This document shows positions 21,299-34,355 of a stretch of DNA of 64,000 bases, piece by piece. The translations under genes and the position numbers were made by a program. The first letter of the stretch is position 1; every line of letters begins with the position of its first letter. The stretch is from NCBI GenBank assembly GCA_051294375.1, contig CM119267.1:4633885-4697884 (forward strand), in the 5' to 3' direction. The notes under the pieces were generated by a model. That model was not told the origin of the DNA and did not search any database. It saw only the letters and a program-made list of their open reading frames with translations. Source of the DNA: Paraspadella gotoi. Its lineage: Eukaryota; Animalia; Chaetognatha.

Positions 21299-24200
21299 AT
21301 GAAGCGGCGCTTTTTTAAACGAGGATCTGGAATTTTCGTCGCCGATGGAGGAACTCTTGGATTCGTTCAACGCCGCTCAGTTTCGAGAGAAAAGGAAAAA
21401 GGTAAGCGAAAATCATTAATCGTGTAGTTAAATGTATTTTATAATATTTTTATACATGGTAAAAAAGTAGTTTTTTCGCTTTTTATTTTTAAGGAATGCG
21501 ATTACATATGATCATAAATGATCGAATTGTATTATGAGTGTTGAATGTTATTGCCTTATCCGCCTTTTTTTTTTTTTTTTTTTTTTTGATATCTTTCTCT
21601 CTCTGTCCCCAAAATTAAGCGTTCGGTCAATTTTCGCGCGCGTTTCTCAAAGTAAGAGAGATTTCCCGATTAGTTTTTAGTCTCATTTATGAACTCAATA
21701 GAAACTCATCGCCCAGAAGAAACCTCGTATTTACGAGTTTCCAATGGACTTTTTTGCGAGAATAAAAGTTTAAATATACGATTCGCGAGGTTCTTATTTG
21801 GAACCATGTTAATCAGTTCGTCCGGGCGAAGACTCGAACGCTCGACATCGCGAGCGTGAGAAGAAAACAATCTCAAAATGAGTAAAAATATATTTTTCAA
21901 ACAATTTATTAAGTTTCGACTTTTGATGCTTACAAATATTTTTTTTTGTTAAACTAATTGAATTAACAATTGACTTAAGAAAATATAGGCTTAGTATTCA
22001 TCATATATTTATAATTTCATATTACCAATTCTAGATAACGATCCTACAATCCAGTTCTGTCAATGATTTTGATGTGCCAATCAATCATTTAATTAGTTTC
22101 TATCTCTCAGTTGTATTACAACTTTAAATTGCTTGATTGATAAATTTATGAACCACTTCTCAAGATTTCAACCGCATTTGGCACTTTAAGAAAAAAAATT
22201 ATTATTTAACGAAATATAATTATATAACTGAGGTTTTACAAACTAAAACAATGGAATACATACACGTGATTATTACTCACGTTGTCACGTGTTTTTCATT
22301 CTGTACAGCGAATGTTAAAATAGGGGAGAAGAAAGAGTAACTCTAATGAATTTTCGAACTCATGAACCTTTTTTGATAAATTAATAAGATTAGATTAATT
22401 CGGAAGTTTAAGTAAATCAGCAGTTTCGTGTAAATTAAGTGACTTTCAACGTGCTATACAAGCGTTCGTTGCTATTTTGTTTTTCCCTGGGAACGCACTG
22501 TCGTCGTTCCCGAAATCCCGAGACCCGATTAACATAAAATGTTGATTCTGCGCCGCACGTTCCACCGAGAAGTCGACTCTCTCGCGAGCCAAGCCACTGG
22601 AAGAAAGATTGTTTTGCCAAATCGATATTGTTTTTTTTAAATCCGAATTCCAACAAACCAAACGAACCGGTCGATATGTTTTTAAAATATTTTGACTGGA
22701 ATTTACTTCGATTTAATGTGATATCAATTTCGAACCAGGATTCTTAAGAAAAAAAAAAAGAAAACTAACTTTTAATTTTAAAATTATGATTTCTCAAATA
22801 GGATTATGAATTTTTAAACGTTCATTTTTAATTTAATTGTGGTTTTTTTTATGAGAAACTAGTCGCACAATAAATAACATTTCTCTACCTAGTTTTATTA
22901 TTTCATTTCGACTTCGCTTTTTTTTTTGAATAAATTACGTAATTTTTTTTTCTTATCGAATAACTTACTCAGCCAGATAAATTTTCGAAACTAGTAACGG
23001 TACAAAGAAATTCATTGTTTCAGAGAGCTTGTATAATGTATATAAATGAAAGGATTGTTTTATTGATATGAAAATCGCTGGGATCAAACTAATTAAAAAA
23101 GTTATAAAACTAAAGGCACTTTGTACAAAAAGAAATTTGACATCTAAAAAATGAAAAATTCAATATTATTTTAAGGGGACCAAGTGAACAGGGGGGTAAA
23201 AAGCTGAAAACATAACGTTTGACCCTTTAACTTAAGCTGGTTTTTTATCATATAATTTTTTCTTCTATAATCATTTGGGAAAGTAGTTAAAAAAATTCGA
23301 TAAAATCAGCGAGCTTAATTTTTCTTTAAAAAATCGTAAGAAGAAAATCTTTTTCAAGTTTAAAATTTTTTTTTCCAAAAAAGGGTAAGATCTAATTTTA
23401 AAAAGATTTTCAGCTTTTATCATAAAAATTTATAAGAAAAAAAACTAGGAATGAATCAAAATTTAAGGTATCGACTGATTTTATTTAAACTTTCTTTTCA
23501 AATGATTCTGTTAATTGGATGAAAATAAAACTCTTTGAAGTAATATAAATATATAAAGAAGAGAAAGATTCTGTACTTTTGCTAAATTTTTAATTGTTAT
23601 AATTAAGAATCAATATAGTTTAATTTTACATTTAAGGGATGAATATGAATATTAATTAATAATTATTACAGTTTTGTTTCTGTAAGAATAGAATTTAGGT
23701 TTGATTTGTCAGCTTTTAAGTAAATATAAAAATAAAAAAATATTAGTCTTGTAAAGCCTTTGTTCAATGAGGCTTAAACCTAAAATTATAGCTTTGTACA
23801 GTAAAAAATAAAAAATTGGAATTTAGTAAAAAATACTTTCTAATGCAAAAATAAAATAATGGATTATATTAAATTATAGGTAGGGTCAACTAAATTTTTT
23901 TCATAATTATTAAATTTTTGTTTCCGCTAGAATAAGAGAGGAATTTTTTTGCCACTTTCCCGTGCAAAGAAAAATTAATGACTATCACCATTCAAATTCC
24001 TTTGATGATAGACCTTAAAGCTTATGATATCATTTTTATCACTGGGTCCCCTTAAACGATTTTAGAGAAACTCTAAAAATATTTCCAGACAAACGTAAAG
24101 TAACTTATAATTTCGATGATCGTCACCGTAAACTTTTTAAAAAAATTATTATTCTTCGTTTGTCGGCCGGAGCCGGTCGAGCTCAACGCCGACGCCGTCT

Positions 24201-26622
24201 CCCCAGGAATCATCAAACTCGCCGCCCTCGGGGGATACGTGATATTCCGGTTCGGTTAAAGTGCTTGGAGGGACGCACCCCAAATAACAACTTGAACGAA
24301 TTTCGGCGCTAAATAGAGAAAATTTTCTAAAAACAAAACGGATAACAAAATCTTTAATATTCCGATGGCAACCCACGCTATCAAATTCAATGGTTACTTT
24401 TTTAAAATTTTTAAAGCAATTATGCAAATGAAATAAAGCGTCGTCTTTATTTGCGATTTGATAAAAGATCCTCGGTCCTCGGCGTCGATTGATCCGGTTT
24501 TGATCAACGACAACGGATTATGGAATCAGAGTTGATCGATTCCGTAATCGTTTTTAAAGTTTACGCATGTTGATCACCTAAGACAATTTTCTTTTCATTT
24601 TTTTCGCGGTTTTCTCAGAATTTTATCTTTACTACCGTTATTATACAATAAGGCGTAGTGAAAGTTGCAGATCAAAATTCGAATAGTTGTTCATGAACAG
24701 TCTTGTACTAAAGAACATTGATATATAAATTTTTTTTTCATTAAGTTAGTTAAAAACTTAAAAAACTATATTTTTTATATTAAAACTAAATTATAGGTTA
24801 ACGATAACAGTTTTTTAGCATTTATACCCACTTAATGAAATAATTTTCTAAAAAAAGTTATATTTCCTTTTATCAAATTTTCTTAAGAAATTCGAATCTG
24901 CTTTCAAAAATAGCAAAAAAAAAAAATTATAACAAAAAAATGTTCACAGGTACAAGCCTGTTCATGATCTACTATTCGAATTTTGATTCTACTTGATTTT
25001 AATATTTTTACAAGCTGCACGTTCTCGTTTTTTCTCTTGTCATCTCGCATCCTGTTACTCATTAAGCTATAATCGTTTAACCTTTCATCTCTATCTCTCT
25101 CAGCCAACGACGTCGCGGAAACTGCTACGTCCAAACCCTTCGTTCCATCTCCATCTCCCTCTCCCTCTTCTTCCTCCTCACCTCCCTCCAACCCACACTT
25201 CTCCTCATCCCCTTCGGCTTCGCCCTCTCCTCCTCTCATCCACGCCACCCACTTCCCGCCCTCGATCGATTCGACGGAAGAGACGCTGCATCTCCTCAAA
25301 AGGGAAAGGTCGTTCGCCGACGACGCCGGTTTCGTCTCGGCGACGACCCGATTCCTCGCCATGAATCCGACGAAGCCGCCGTCGGCTTCGCGCGTGCAGC
25401 CCACGGGGTCGTGGGGCGACCGGAGGCTGGAGGAGGCCGTTCTCGGAGGCGGCGGGGAAGGCCTCAAGTTAGAGTACATGGATCTGGACGAGTTTTTCAT
25501 GGAGAACGGAATGGTGACGGGGGAGGCGGGCGACTCTAACGATCGAGCTGAGACGGGCCCCGCCCATGCGGAAATCGGTGAATACTTATGAATGAATACA
25601 TAATGAATTAATGAATAAATGAATGATTTAATACATAATGATAAAAAAATTACTACATAGTATGGTGGACTAAAATACACCAACCGTTCATCAGCGGTTG
25701 AACGGTTCAGTCACTATAACAACTATTTCTGTCTCTTCTATAGTTATATTTTAAACCAAAATTTCGTTATGTATCGTATACACAATAAATCATTTTCATT
25801 CCACAGCGCGTCAGTTTTCCCAGCTGACCCCGGATTCGGCTTATATGACTTCTTCATCTGTCGGGCAGCCATGCCCTTTAAAGGCCCGCCTCAATCTTGA
25901 CAGCGCAGGAAGCAGCGCAGGTAGCAGCGCCGGCAGCAGCACCGGCGGCAGCACCGGCGCCCTCTCGGACGAGGAGAGCGATGAACGCCGAAACAAAAGC
26001 GCAGATTTTAATCAAGGTTCGTTTTTCTTCATGTAGTTGCGACCTGTCACTTTTTAGTCTCGTGTCTCTATAAGACACTTTTGTGTCGATCTGTATGTCT
26101 GTCGGACTTTAATTTATTTTTAGAAAATTACATCAATCTGAACATTAAATTTCGATCCTTTACTCCCGACGCATAGGCGATAATCTGCAAAACTTGGCTG
26201 CGGACCTAACGGTGAAAACGCCTGTGGTGTCGCGAAAATGCCGCAAGACGTTTGTTCCAGATCACTGCAAGGATGAGAGATATTGGCAGCGGCGGCGGAA
26301 AAACAATATGGCCGCCAAGAGAAGCCGCGACGCCAGGAGAATCAAAGAAAATCAAGTAAGATTTGATTTGTTTTTGTCGGAGTTCATCGTCACTTCTTAA
26401 AATGTCCTAAGAAAGTAGGCACATTTGTGCGAAGCCTCAATTTAATATTAACAAATGCCAATTTTAATGTACCCTTCGCAGATCGCCGTTCGCGCCAGTT
26501 TTTTGGAGACGGAAAACGAAAGACTCAAGGAACAGCTGAAGCTGTTACGTCAAGAGAATCTTTCGCTGCGCGCGCAGCTTGGACCAGAAACGACGCCGGC
26601 AGTCGTTAATCCGGGATCTTGA
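21299..26622 (+). CDS. PAR-family bZIP transcription factor (Pdp1/TEF/HLF/DBP-like)
   Basis: Exons 21299-21401 (first exon tentative), 25104-25577, 25807-26016, 26177-26355 and 26482-26622 are in phase. They contain the PAR activation motif [14 protein letters not shown], the basic region [39 protein letters not shown] and a leucine zipper. Confidence 0.88.
22263..22942. promoter_or_regulatory. Intronic E-box cluster and PAR/D-box site
   Basis: CACGTG at 22263 and 22286, CACGTT at 22278 and 22556, AACGTG at 22448, and TTACGTAA at 22935-22942. Confidence 0.5.
23175..24051. mobile_element. Non-autonomous DNA transposon with TTAA target-site duplication (Kolobok-like termini)
   Basis: TTAA/GGGGACCAAGTGA ... 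TCACTGGGTCCCC/TTAA: terminal inverted repeats match at 12 of 13 positions, TTAA lies on both sides, and the interior is AT-rich and non-coding. Confidence 0.75.
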
Positions 26623-28318
26623 TCTCCGAGGAACTCGTATCAAATCTTCTAATTGCAGTCTAGTCTCCCGTCTTGTATTCGTTAATCGTTATCTAGTCTT
26701 AACGATGTTTTTGTTAACTTACGAACGGTGACTCTCACGCGAGAATTCTCTCTCTCTCTCCCTCTCTCTCTCTCTCTCCCTCCCTCCCTCGGCCCTCCAT
26801 CTCTTAACGTCTTCAAAAAATACCGTAATCGTGCCTGACTTGTCAAAACTATGAGCCAGTCGTTAATTTTTTTATCAAATGAAATTAATTTCTTATTTAA
26901 TTCTTTTTTATATTTGTAAAATTTAATTTAATGTGATTTTAAACAAAATTCTTACAATGATTATTAATAAAACCTTTTTTTTTTTAACTCAAATGAGGTT
27001 CAATAATTTTATTGATTTTATTAATTTTATTGACTTTATGAGTTGATCACTTGCCATTGTCGCACACACCTCTTGTGATTTCTAAAAATTATATTTCATT
27101 TCCGTATTTTAATTTTTATACTTTTAAATCTTTTAGCCGGAAAATGGCATTTTAAGTTTAAGACTTTTCGGAGCGGTGAAAGGCAATGATGAGATAAAAT
27201 CATTTTAATATAACTAATTTTTTTCTGATTAACAATTTAAAAAGATTAAAATAAAATCTAAATCTAAAAATTGAGGCAACAGAACCACTCCTTCAAAAAT
27301 GTTTGTTTTGCGATGAATTGAGCCTCACTCTTCTTTTAGTTCAACATCTTATTTTTCGTATTTTTTTGTTACGGTATTTTCATCATTGCGCTTTTTACGT
27401 AAAATTCTCTCAGAGCGTCAATACAGTTCTAAAAGTCAAAAACATGTACTTTGTCACAGTAAACCATTCATGACCTTACTGCTACCAATTAATGCTTTGC
27501 TCACATGTTTTGTCCTCAACAAGTTATGCCTATTGGATAACACCACGAGAACCTTCATAGATTTTATAGAAAAAATAGATATAAAGGGCTAAAAAAAAGA
27601 AGTTAAATTTGATCGGTTTTTTTTTCATGGCGTCACCCTCTCGTGTTGTGATATTTCCAAAATCATACTGATATAGTTTTTTAGTTAAACGTTGTTTCAA
27701 TATAATATGCTTTGGGACAATCTTTTTGTTTAATTCATCGATCACAAGATTACTGAGGTAATATTTTGCAATGTTAATTAAAAGTTAAGGTAGTCAAAAA
27801 TATGATAAATCATTGATTCAGTACAGAAAACAAACAAAACAGACATACATAAGTCTGCAAAATGAGTTTAAAAAAAGGGGTCGAGAGGTAAAATAATAAT
27901 GATAATAAAGTAGTAACAGTAAACAATAATTAAAATTGTTTTCATGTCGTAAAAAAGGGAATCAATCCCTTAAGAATGGAATTTTTTAAGGAATAAATCT
28001 TAGAAATAAAAGACTAAATGATTAATTATTAGGTTATTAGAAAATATATGATATTGGGACAACCAATATAATAATTATCCTTTGATTTAATAAATGTTTT
28101 TTTGTAAAAAAAAAAGTCAATAGATAGATAGGAGTACGAACCAAATTCACTATTTTTGGTTCACAGAGGTTAATAGGTTTACACCTGAATAGGATCGAAG
28201 CGAGTTCTAAATTCAGGGGGCGTTTCTCCCTGCCCGAAAGAAAAGTAGTTTTCAGCAATCAAACCCAAGTCTTATCACACTTGAAATCAAGACAAAAAAA
28301 TCGACTTGACATCTTCTA

Positions 28319-29428
28319 ATGGATTCAACTACTGTTTCCTCCAACTCTTCACCAGAGGATTCAATCCCGGGATCCCGAAGTCTGCTGCTGAGAGTGCGTC
28401 GGTCAAACATAGCGCATGTCGTCCATCCCGTCTTGCGCGAGAGATTGCGCGGTCGTGATCGAGAAACGTCGGCGCAGTCGTTCGTCGGAAACTGCGTGGA
28501 GGGAGTCGTCATCGCCGTTGGCGAGGACGTCGTGGATTTTCGCGTTGACGATAACGTGGTGGGGTTCATTTCGCCCCTCGCTTGGGAAGAGGGCTCTGGA
28601 TTCCTGTCCTCTTCCGTTGGCGGGTTGACGCAAGTTTGTACGCTTCGCGACCACGAGGCGGCGACAGTGGACTCCGCCAGTTTGCCGACCTGCGCCGTCG
28701 CCGTTCTCCCGCACTTAATTAAGTCGTTCACAGCCCTCCACTACCAGGCCCGCCTATGCGCAGGGGAATCCATCTTAGTCACCGACGCCGGCACAGTTGC
28801 TGGTCAAGTCCTCGTCCAACTGGCGTCAGTTTGGGGCGTCAAGGTGTTGGCCATTTGTCGTTCGAACGACGTCGAACGTCGTTTGGAATCGCTCCGGCCG
28901 CGGCCTCCGAGGGTGATCCGCTCTGGCCACGCGCCCAGAGTCGATGGCCCCAGTTTCGTGCAGGAGCGCGTGTTGAAGGAGACATCCGGTATCGGCGTCG
29001 ATTGCGTCGTGGATTTTTCGCCGTTGGAAACGGAAGCAAACGAAGACTTGGTTCTTTTCGAAAGGAATTCGAGAAACGATTACGAATCTGAGCAAACCAC
29101 AACTCTTCAAAAACGAGACATTATCGGTTGTTTAGGAACTGGGGGACGATGGATCACCGAAGACCCAAACCTACAGCTAGATCCCCCGGATTCCGAAGCC
29201 CTGTTTCTCAAAGGTGCAAGCTTGTCATTCCTGTTCGATCATTGGTTGCTCTCCTCGTCGCAAGTCGGCCGTTTTCAACACATCCTCAAGAATGCCCTCG
29301 AACTAATTGAAGGGGGATTGGTACGAATCGATGTCGAAACTCTAAAAACTGTGGAGGACGTCTACCGTGTTTTGAAGGAGGGGAAAGACGATAAGAAATG
29401 TTACGTTTATACTAGCATGGAAGCGTAA
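28319..29428 (+). CDS. CRYZL1: Quinone oxidoreductase-like protein 1 (CRYZL1/FERRY subunit), intronless
   Basis: 369-aa ORF with an MDR-type fold. Motifs FTALHYQARLCAGESILV, VLKETSGIGVDCVVD and GRWITEDPNLQLDPPDSEALFLKGASLSFL are typical of CRYZL1. Confidence 0.88.
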   Translation: MDSTTVSSNSSPEDSIPGSRSLLLRVRRSNIAHVVHPVLRERLRGRDRETSAQSFVGNCVEGVVIAVGEDVVDFRVDDNVVGFISPLAWEEGSGFLSSSVGGLTQVCTLRDHEAATVDSASLPTCAVAVLPHLIKSFTALHYQARLCAGESILVTDAGTVAGQVLVQLASVWGVKVLAICRSNDVERRLESLRPRPPRVIRSGHAPRVDGPSFVQERVLKETSGIGVDCVVDFSPLETEANEDLVLFERNSRNDYESEQTTTLQKRDIIGCLGTGGRWITEDPNLQLDPPDSEALFLKGASLSFLFDHWLLSSSQVGRFQHILKNALELIEGGLVRIDVETLKTVEDVYRVLKEGKDDKKCYVYTSMEA

Positions 29429-29924
29429 TAATAAACCCAGAAGAAATATTTTTATCCATTTCATTTTATATTTGCTCATATTAAATTTTATATTTTAAAA
29501 TTTATAAAAGAAATTTAGCAAGAAATGCCGGTATATAATGCATCATACAGACTAGGCTTTGTCATTTAAAATATTGTTGCACTGATTGGGACCGCTTTTC
29601 AACGAGTGAAGCTAAAAAGTATTAGTTTTGACAGCTAAACGGAGGAGAAAAATGTTCATTGTAAATATTGTGAATATGTAGATTATGCAGAGAAAAGGCA
29701 GGCAGTAAATAATATAACAACTACAGGTTGATGTTAGTTTCTTGAAGGTAAGTTGAAGAGTGATCTCGTTCCTTGTCTCGTTTCTTTGCCGTCGGTTTCC
29801 GGACTCCGGAGGGAAGCCTTGGTCAATCAGAAGAAAAGACGGAGAAGCCAACAGAGGCAAGCTACTTGATATTTCATTCTCTGCGATGATCAAATACAAA
29901 GAACCAACCAAAAAGTGACTAATA

Positions 29925-30285
29925 ATTTGGTACAATCAATAAAAATCATCTGTTCATTTAATAAATGAGATTTATCTTACCCCTGACTTTGGACAGGCTT
30001 TGGTGGTTTAAAGACTATCAATTTACAAGATAATGACATAGCAGGTCCCTACAAGCTTTCAATCAAGACTCACTCACAGTGTCGTTTGTTCACATCCTAT
30101 CATTATCAATGAAGTGGTATAATATTTTAAAGAATGTTTCAATTGTATGATATGACCACTCCATTAAGCATTAGGGGAATGTTATAGGGTACTTCAAAAT
30201 CTAAGGAGCTGAAATTTATAAAATTGGTACAACCAATATAAAAATTATCCCTTCATTTGGACGGGCTTTAGTGGTTTAAGGCCTA
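29925..30285 (+). repeat. Dispersed ~330-bp repeat family, copy 1
   Basis: Shares aaattggtacaaccaat...cccctgactttggacaggctttggtggtttaa...acaagataatgacatagcaggtccct...caatgaagtggtataatattt with 49876-50282 and 37805-37945. Confidence 0.85.
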
Positions 30286-30900
30286 AATGTCGACTTTCTT
30301 CGCGAGTACTCGCGGCGAAACTATAAAAGATAGACCTAAAAAGAACTGCGCTAAAAATTTAAAAAAGTCAAATTAATTAAATTCCTACAACTTTTAATTT
30401 GATGTGTATTTGAATTTTGATCATGTATTTCCCTCCAAGCCAAATCAAGGCTCTTTTGTTTTCCACTTTAATCCTCCTTTTTCTCGAGAGAGGTCGCGCC
30501 CAGTGGCACGAGGAATGGATGCCAGGCTGAGGGAGAGGAGGAGGAGGAGGAGGAAAGCCTGGAGGAGGAAGAGGCGCACGCTATGGAGATCGAGCATATC
30601 TCTCGACGCGACCGAGCTCCTCGATGGCGACCTAGAATTTAGCCCCCCCCTTCCTTGTTTCAGCTACTGTGAGACAGTTACAATAAGAAACGACGCCACC
30701 GTATCCTTCACTGGTTTTCCATTCTTTTCCACGCTTTAGTTTTTTCTCTTTTGTTGTTTTAATTTCGTGATATCAAGTAAAATCGAAACTGTTGTACCAA
30801 CTCGAAAACCGATACCGAACGGAATGTGAAAAAAAAAAACCATGCCGAGTAACGATGAAATCGAGCCGTGATTGCGAACGAATCTACGAATTAGTTGACG

Positions 30901-33282
30901 ATGGGGGTCTCCGCCGGCGTGGAGTCATTTTCGAAGATGCAACGCCTGTTACTGGGCATTTCGATGCTTATCTTTGTCAACGTGCTCTCCGTTTTATCGA
31001 CGATTATCGACCGACGGATTTTTGGCGAAGAGGAAGCTGCTAACGGGGAACATGGACGCCCGTTCTTTACTACGTTTTTAAAGGTTATAGATGGACGTTT
31101 GATATTCATTGTTAAGTCGTTACTTAAAATTTGTTAACGGTTTAATTAATTGACACATTGATTGATTGATTGAAAGATAAAGACATCCATTGATTAACAC
31201 ATTGATTGATTGATAAACACATCCATTGAAGAACTCTTTCGTATTATCTTAAATCGCATTTCTCCAGGCGGCCGTGTGTTCCATATACCTCTCGGGTTTC
31301 CTTTTCCTCCGCGGATGGCGCGATCAGTGCTGCAGCGACGCGGGGCTCTCGTCGGCGTTTCTCCTCGACGAGGAGGCGGGTCCCGTCTACGAACCTCTGG
31401 GAGCCAACCTCTCCGAACCTCACTACGTCCCCATCAAATTTGACGGCGACGCCGAAGGTGTCAAAATAATTTTCTCCACTTTTTCTAATAATATAGTCAC
31501 TGATACGCAGAGCTAAAAATAAATTCTAACACCCACTCCCCTTCCAAAGATTCCTGGGAGTTTCGCCTCGATGAGAAACGTCCGGCCATCCCCGCCCACA
31601 TTCTGGCCAACATCGCTCCGGACTTTTGCAACAAAGCATCCTCTCTCCGGTAGAAGCGAATCTTTTCTCCTCCTGCTCCCCCCCTCAGTATTTTTAACCT
31701 CACGTATCTCCTTCTCAGCTCGTCTCCGATGGTCGCTTCCGATAAACCCAACCCTCCTTCCCATACTCCTTCCTCTTCCTCATCTTCTTCTACCTCTTCG
31801 CCCTCTTTAATATCGAAACTGAAGAAAAAGAGTCAACAAATTCGCGGGCAAATCTCTTCGGAACGCTCAGTCCGTTTCGGAAAGTGGACCGAGGTCAGAT
31901 TCCTCACCGAGACGTACGCTGAAGCGGCCGTGCTGGCGAGGATGTCCTATCAAGCCTCTCTGAAGATGCAGGTGGAATCGCGTTATCTCCCTCGATTTGT
32001 CACAACTTTTCGGGCATGGTCTGAAAAATCTCTCTTTTCTTTAGGCTTTGTTCAAACGAGCCGCGTATCGTTTGACCCTCGGTCAAGTTCTCAAAGTTGC
32101 CTTCATCTTTTCTCTCCTCTGGTTCATGGCTCACCTCGCTTCCGCCGAAGCGCTCGCCGATACCGAGATGGCTCTAGTTCAAGTCATGTTTTCTTCCTCA
32201 GGTACGTTCGCTCAAAGTTAAGTAAGAGACGTGAAAAACTTAACGCGACGTTTTCGCTTTTTCCCTCAGGTTTATTCACCCTCATCCTCGCCGCCTTTTT
32301 CCCATCCAGTAATCATGACAAATTTACTCTTTCTAAGGTAACCAATCTTCTTTCCTTGCAGCTATCATTGAACCTAACTCTTTTTCCTCTTCAGCTTAAT
32401 TTATTTTTCTCCGTCTCTTACAAAACAGTTGGTAGCCGTACTTCTCTCCATCGGCGGAAGCGTTCTTGTGTGCCTCCCGGTGCTGCAGTCCATGCCGGCG
32501 CCATTCCCGCTGCGTTCGCTGTGGGCGCTTGCGGCGTCCTTCCTTTTCTCTACCTATGTCGTCTACTTTCAACGTCAGGCGGAGAACGAGGATCGACTCA
32601 ACATTCCGCTCTTCCTCGGCTTCGTTGGGCTCTTCTCTATGCTGCTCATGTGGCCGGGCTTCTTCATCGCCAGGGTGAGGACAGGCTCGCGATTCATTTC
32701 CTTTGTCGACTTAATGAAATTTTCTTTTTCTTTTTTTAACCTGAAAAGGAACTTAATGCGGAATCCTTGGTGTGGCCTTCGCGTAGAGAATGGCTCCATC
32801 TAACGGTGAACATCATGGTATGCACCTTCGTCTCCGAGTTGTTGTGGTTGTGGGGCTGTTTGCTTACCTCGTCTTTGGTCGCTACCTCGGCTCTCTCTCT
32901 TAAAGTTCCTCTTAACGTCATGGCAAATATGAAACTTGATCAGGTAAAACTATTTAGTTTAGAATTTCAACGGGTTTCGAACCTGTAACTTTTTTATTCC
33001 AAGTATTTTTCTCCTTTTTAGATTCCTTACTCGTGGTTTATATATGTCGGTTCACTGCCCATATCGCTTGGCTTTCTCTCCGTCGCCGCCTTCGCTTACT
33101 ACGACAGTTGGGACCCCGTTTTCATCGCTCTCAAGAAGCTCGTCCACTGCATCTTTCGCTTCCGATGTTGCTTCGCTTCCGCGGCTCGGGGCAAGAGCCA
33201 CGGGCGTGGTAGAGACAATCACGATTTGAAGGAGCAGAAGGAGTCCCTCATTCAGTTCGAACAAAAGTTCGCCAGCTCCTGA
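30901..33282 (+). CDS. SLC35F5: Solute carrier family 35 member F5 (multi-exon)
   Basis: Motifs RLLLGISMLIFVNVL, RPFFTTFLK, SEPHYVPIKF, SVRFGKWTEVRFL...VLARMSY, SSGLFTLILAAFFPS..DKFTLSK, LNIPLFLGFVGLF and SELLWLWGCLLTSSL. The last exon, 33022-33282, ends EQKESLIQFEQKFASS*. Confidence 0.88.
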
Positions 33283-34355
33283 AGCGAAATTGATGATCGG
33301 CTGTGATCGCCACTCGGCAAGAGGCTTCTTAAAGATGGAAGCCCGAAACCGAGGAAGGCTTGCGCCCAAATTTTAATGACTGAGGAGCGCGAACTTAGTT
33401 TTGCATCCATTCATTACATTCCGCCTCTTTTCATCCTTCGTATCCGCTGTTTTCACGGGGAGAAAAGATCTTTCGGTCAAATTTTATACGATTTTATCCT
33501 TTATTTTGGACTAAAAAATTGTTCTCTTTTTCTCAATTAAATTGTAACGAGGACTTGGCCAGTGAAACTTGGACGCTGATGATTAAGAGGCAACCAATTA
33601 TTTATAAATATTCGTAATTTGATGGTAGAAAAATATTTTCTCGGGAAATTTAACGCTTGTTGAATTGGGTTTGATAAGAAAATTCTACTCCAATGGAATT
33701 CTACTTCCAATGGAAACGTCTTGAGCATCGCTGTTGACGGCATGAAGGGATCACAGGTTTAGATTACTTTGCACTTGCTTTCAGAACGTAAACTAGTCAA
33801 ATCTACATTCCCAGTCATCGTCACACATTTACAAATTTTAGATTTTTTAATGTAAGAATCATCCCCGTATTCTAGTCTCTAGTCGCGTTAGTCGAATAAA
33901 TATTTTCATCTAAATTTATTACTAATCACCAAGAAAATTTTCTAGTAGTGCTATTATTTTTAGGTCAGAATCCCAAAACATTTTTCACCATGCCCATCTT
34001 GACGTAACGGGGAAAATCCATAGTGTACTTTTTTTTTTATCATGATTCCGGGTAATGCGAGTAGTCTCGTTTGTTTGACGTAGAAATTGGTGCCGCCCTG
34101 GGTTCGTTTTGTGCCCTTCTCATTCGCTATTTTACTTTCACAATCGGACGACTGAGTTCACTCTTTTGTGTATTACGTTTTTTCACAACGTCTGTGGTGA
34201 TTCGTTGTTTTAGACGCAAATCTAGTTTTTAAAAAAAATACTATTAATTCGTCCTTGATTGCTTTTTTTTTTTTAACTATTTTTCGTTAAATGTTGCCTT
34301 TTTTTTTCAAAGCTTTTTTCAGAAAATATAGTTTTATATTGAAAAAAAGACGAAG

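Noticed and set aside
21114-21401. Readthrough or selenocysteine at TGA 21300 joining two open stretches
   Set aside because: That frame ends in phase 0 and does not splice in frame to the conserved PAR-bZIP exons, and the context is not CUAG.
24904-25683. 259-aa minus-strand ORF and many similar antisense ORFs over GC-rich exons
   Set aside because: These are shadows of + strand coding exons with no independent motifs.
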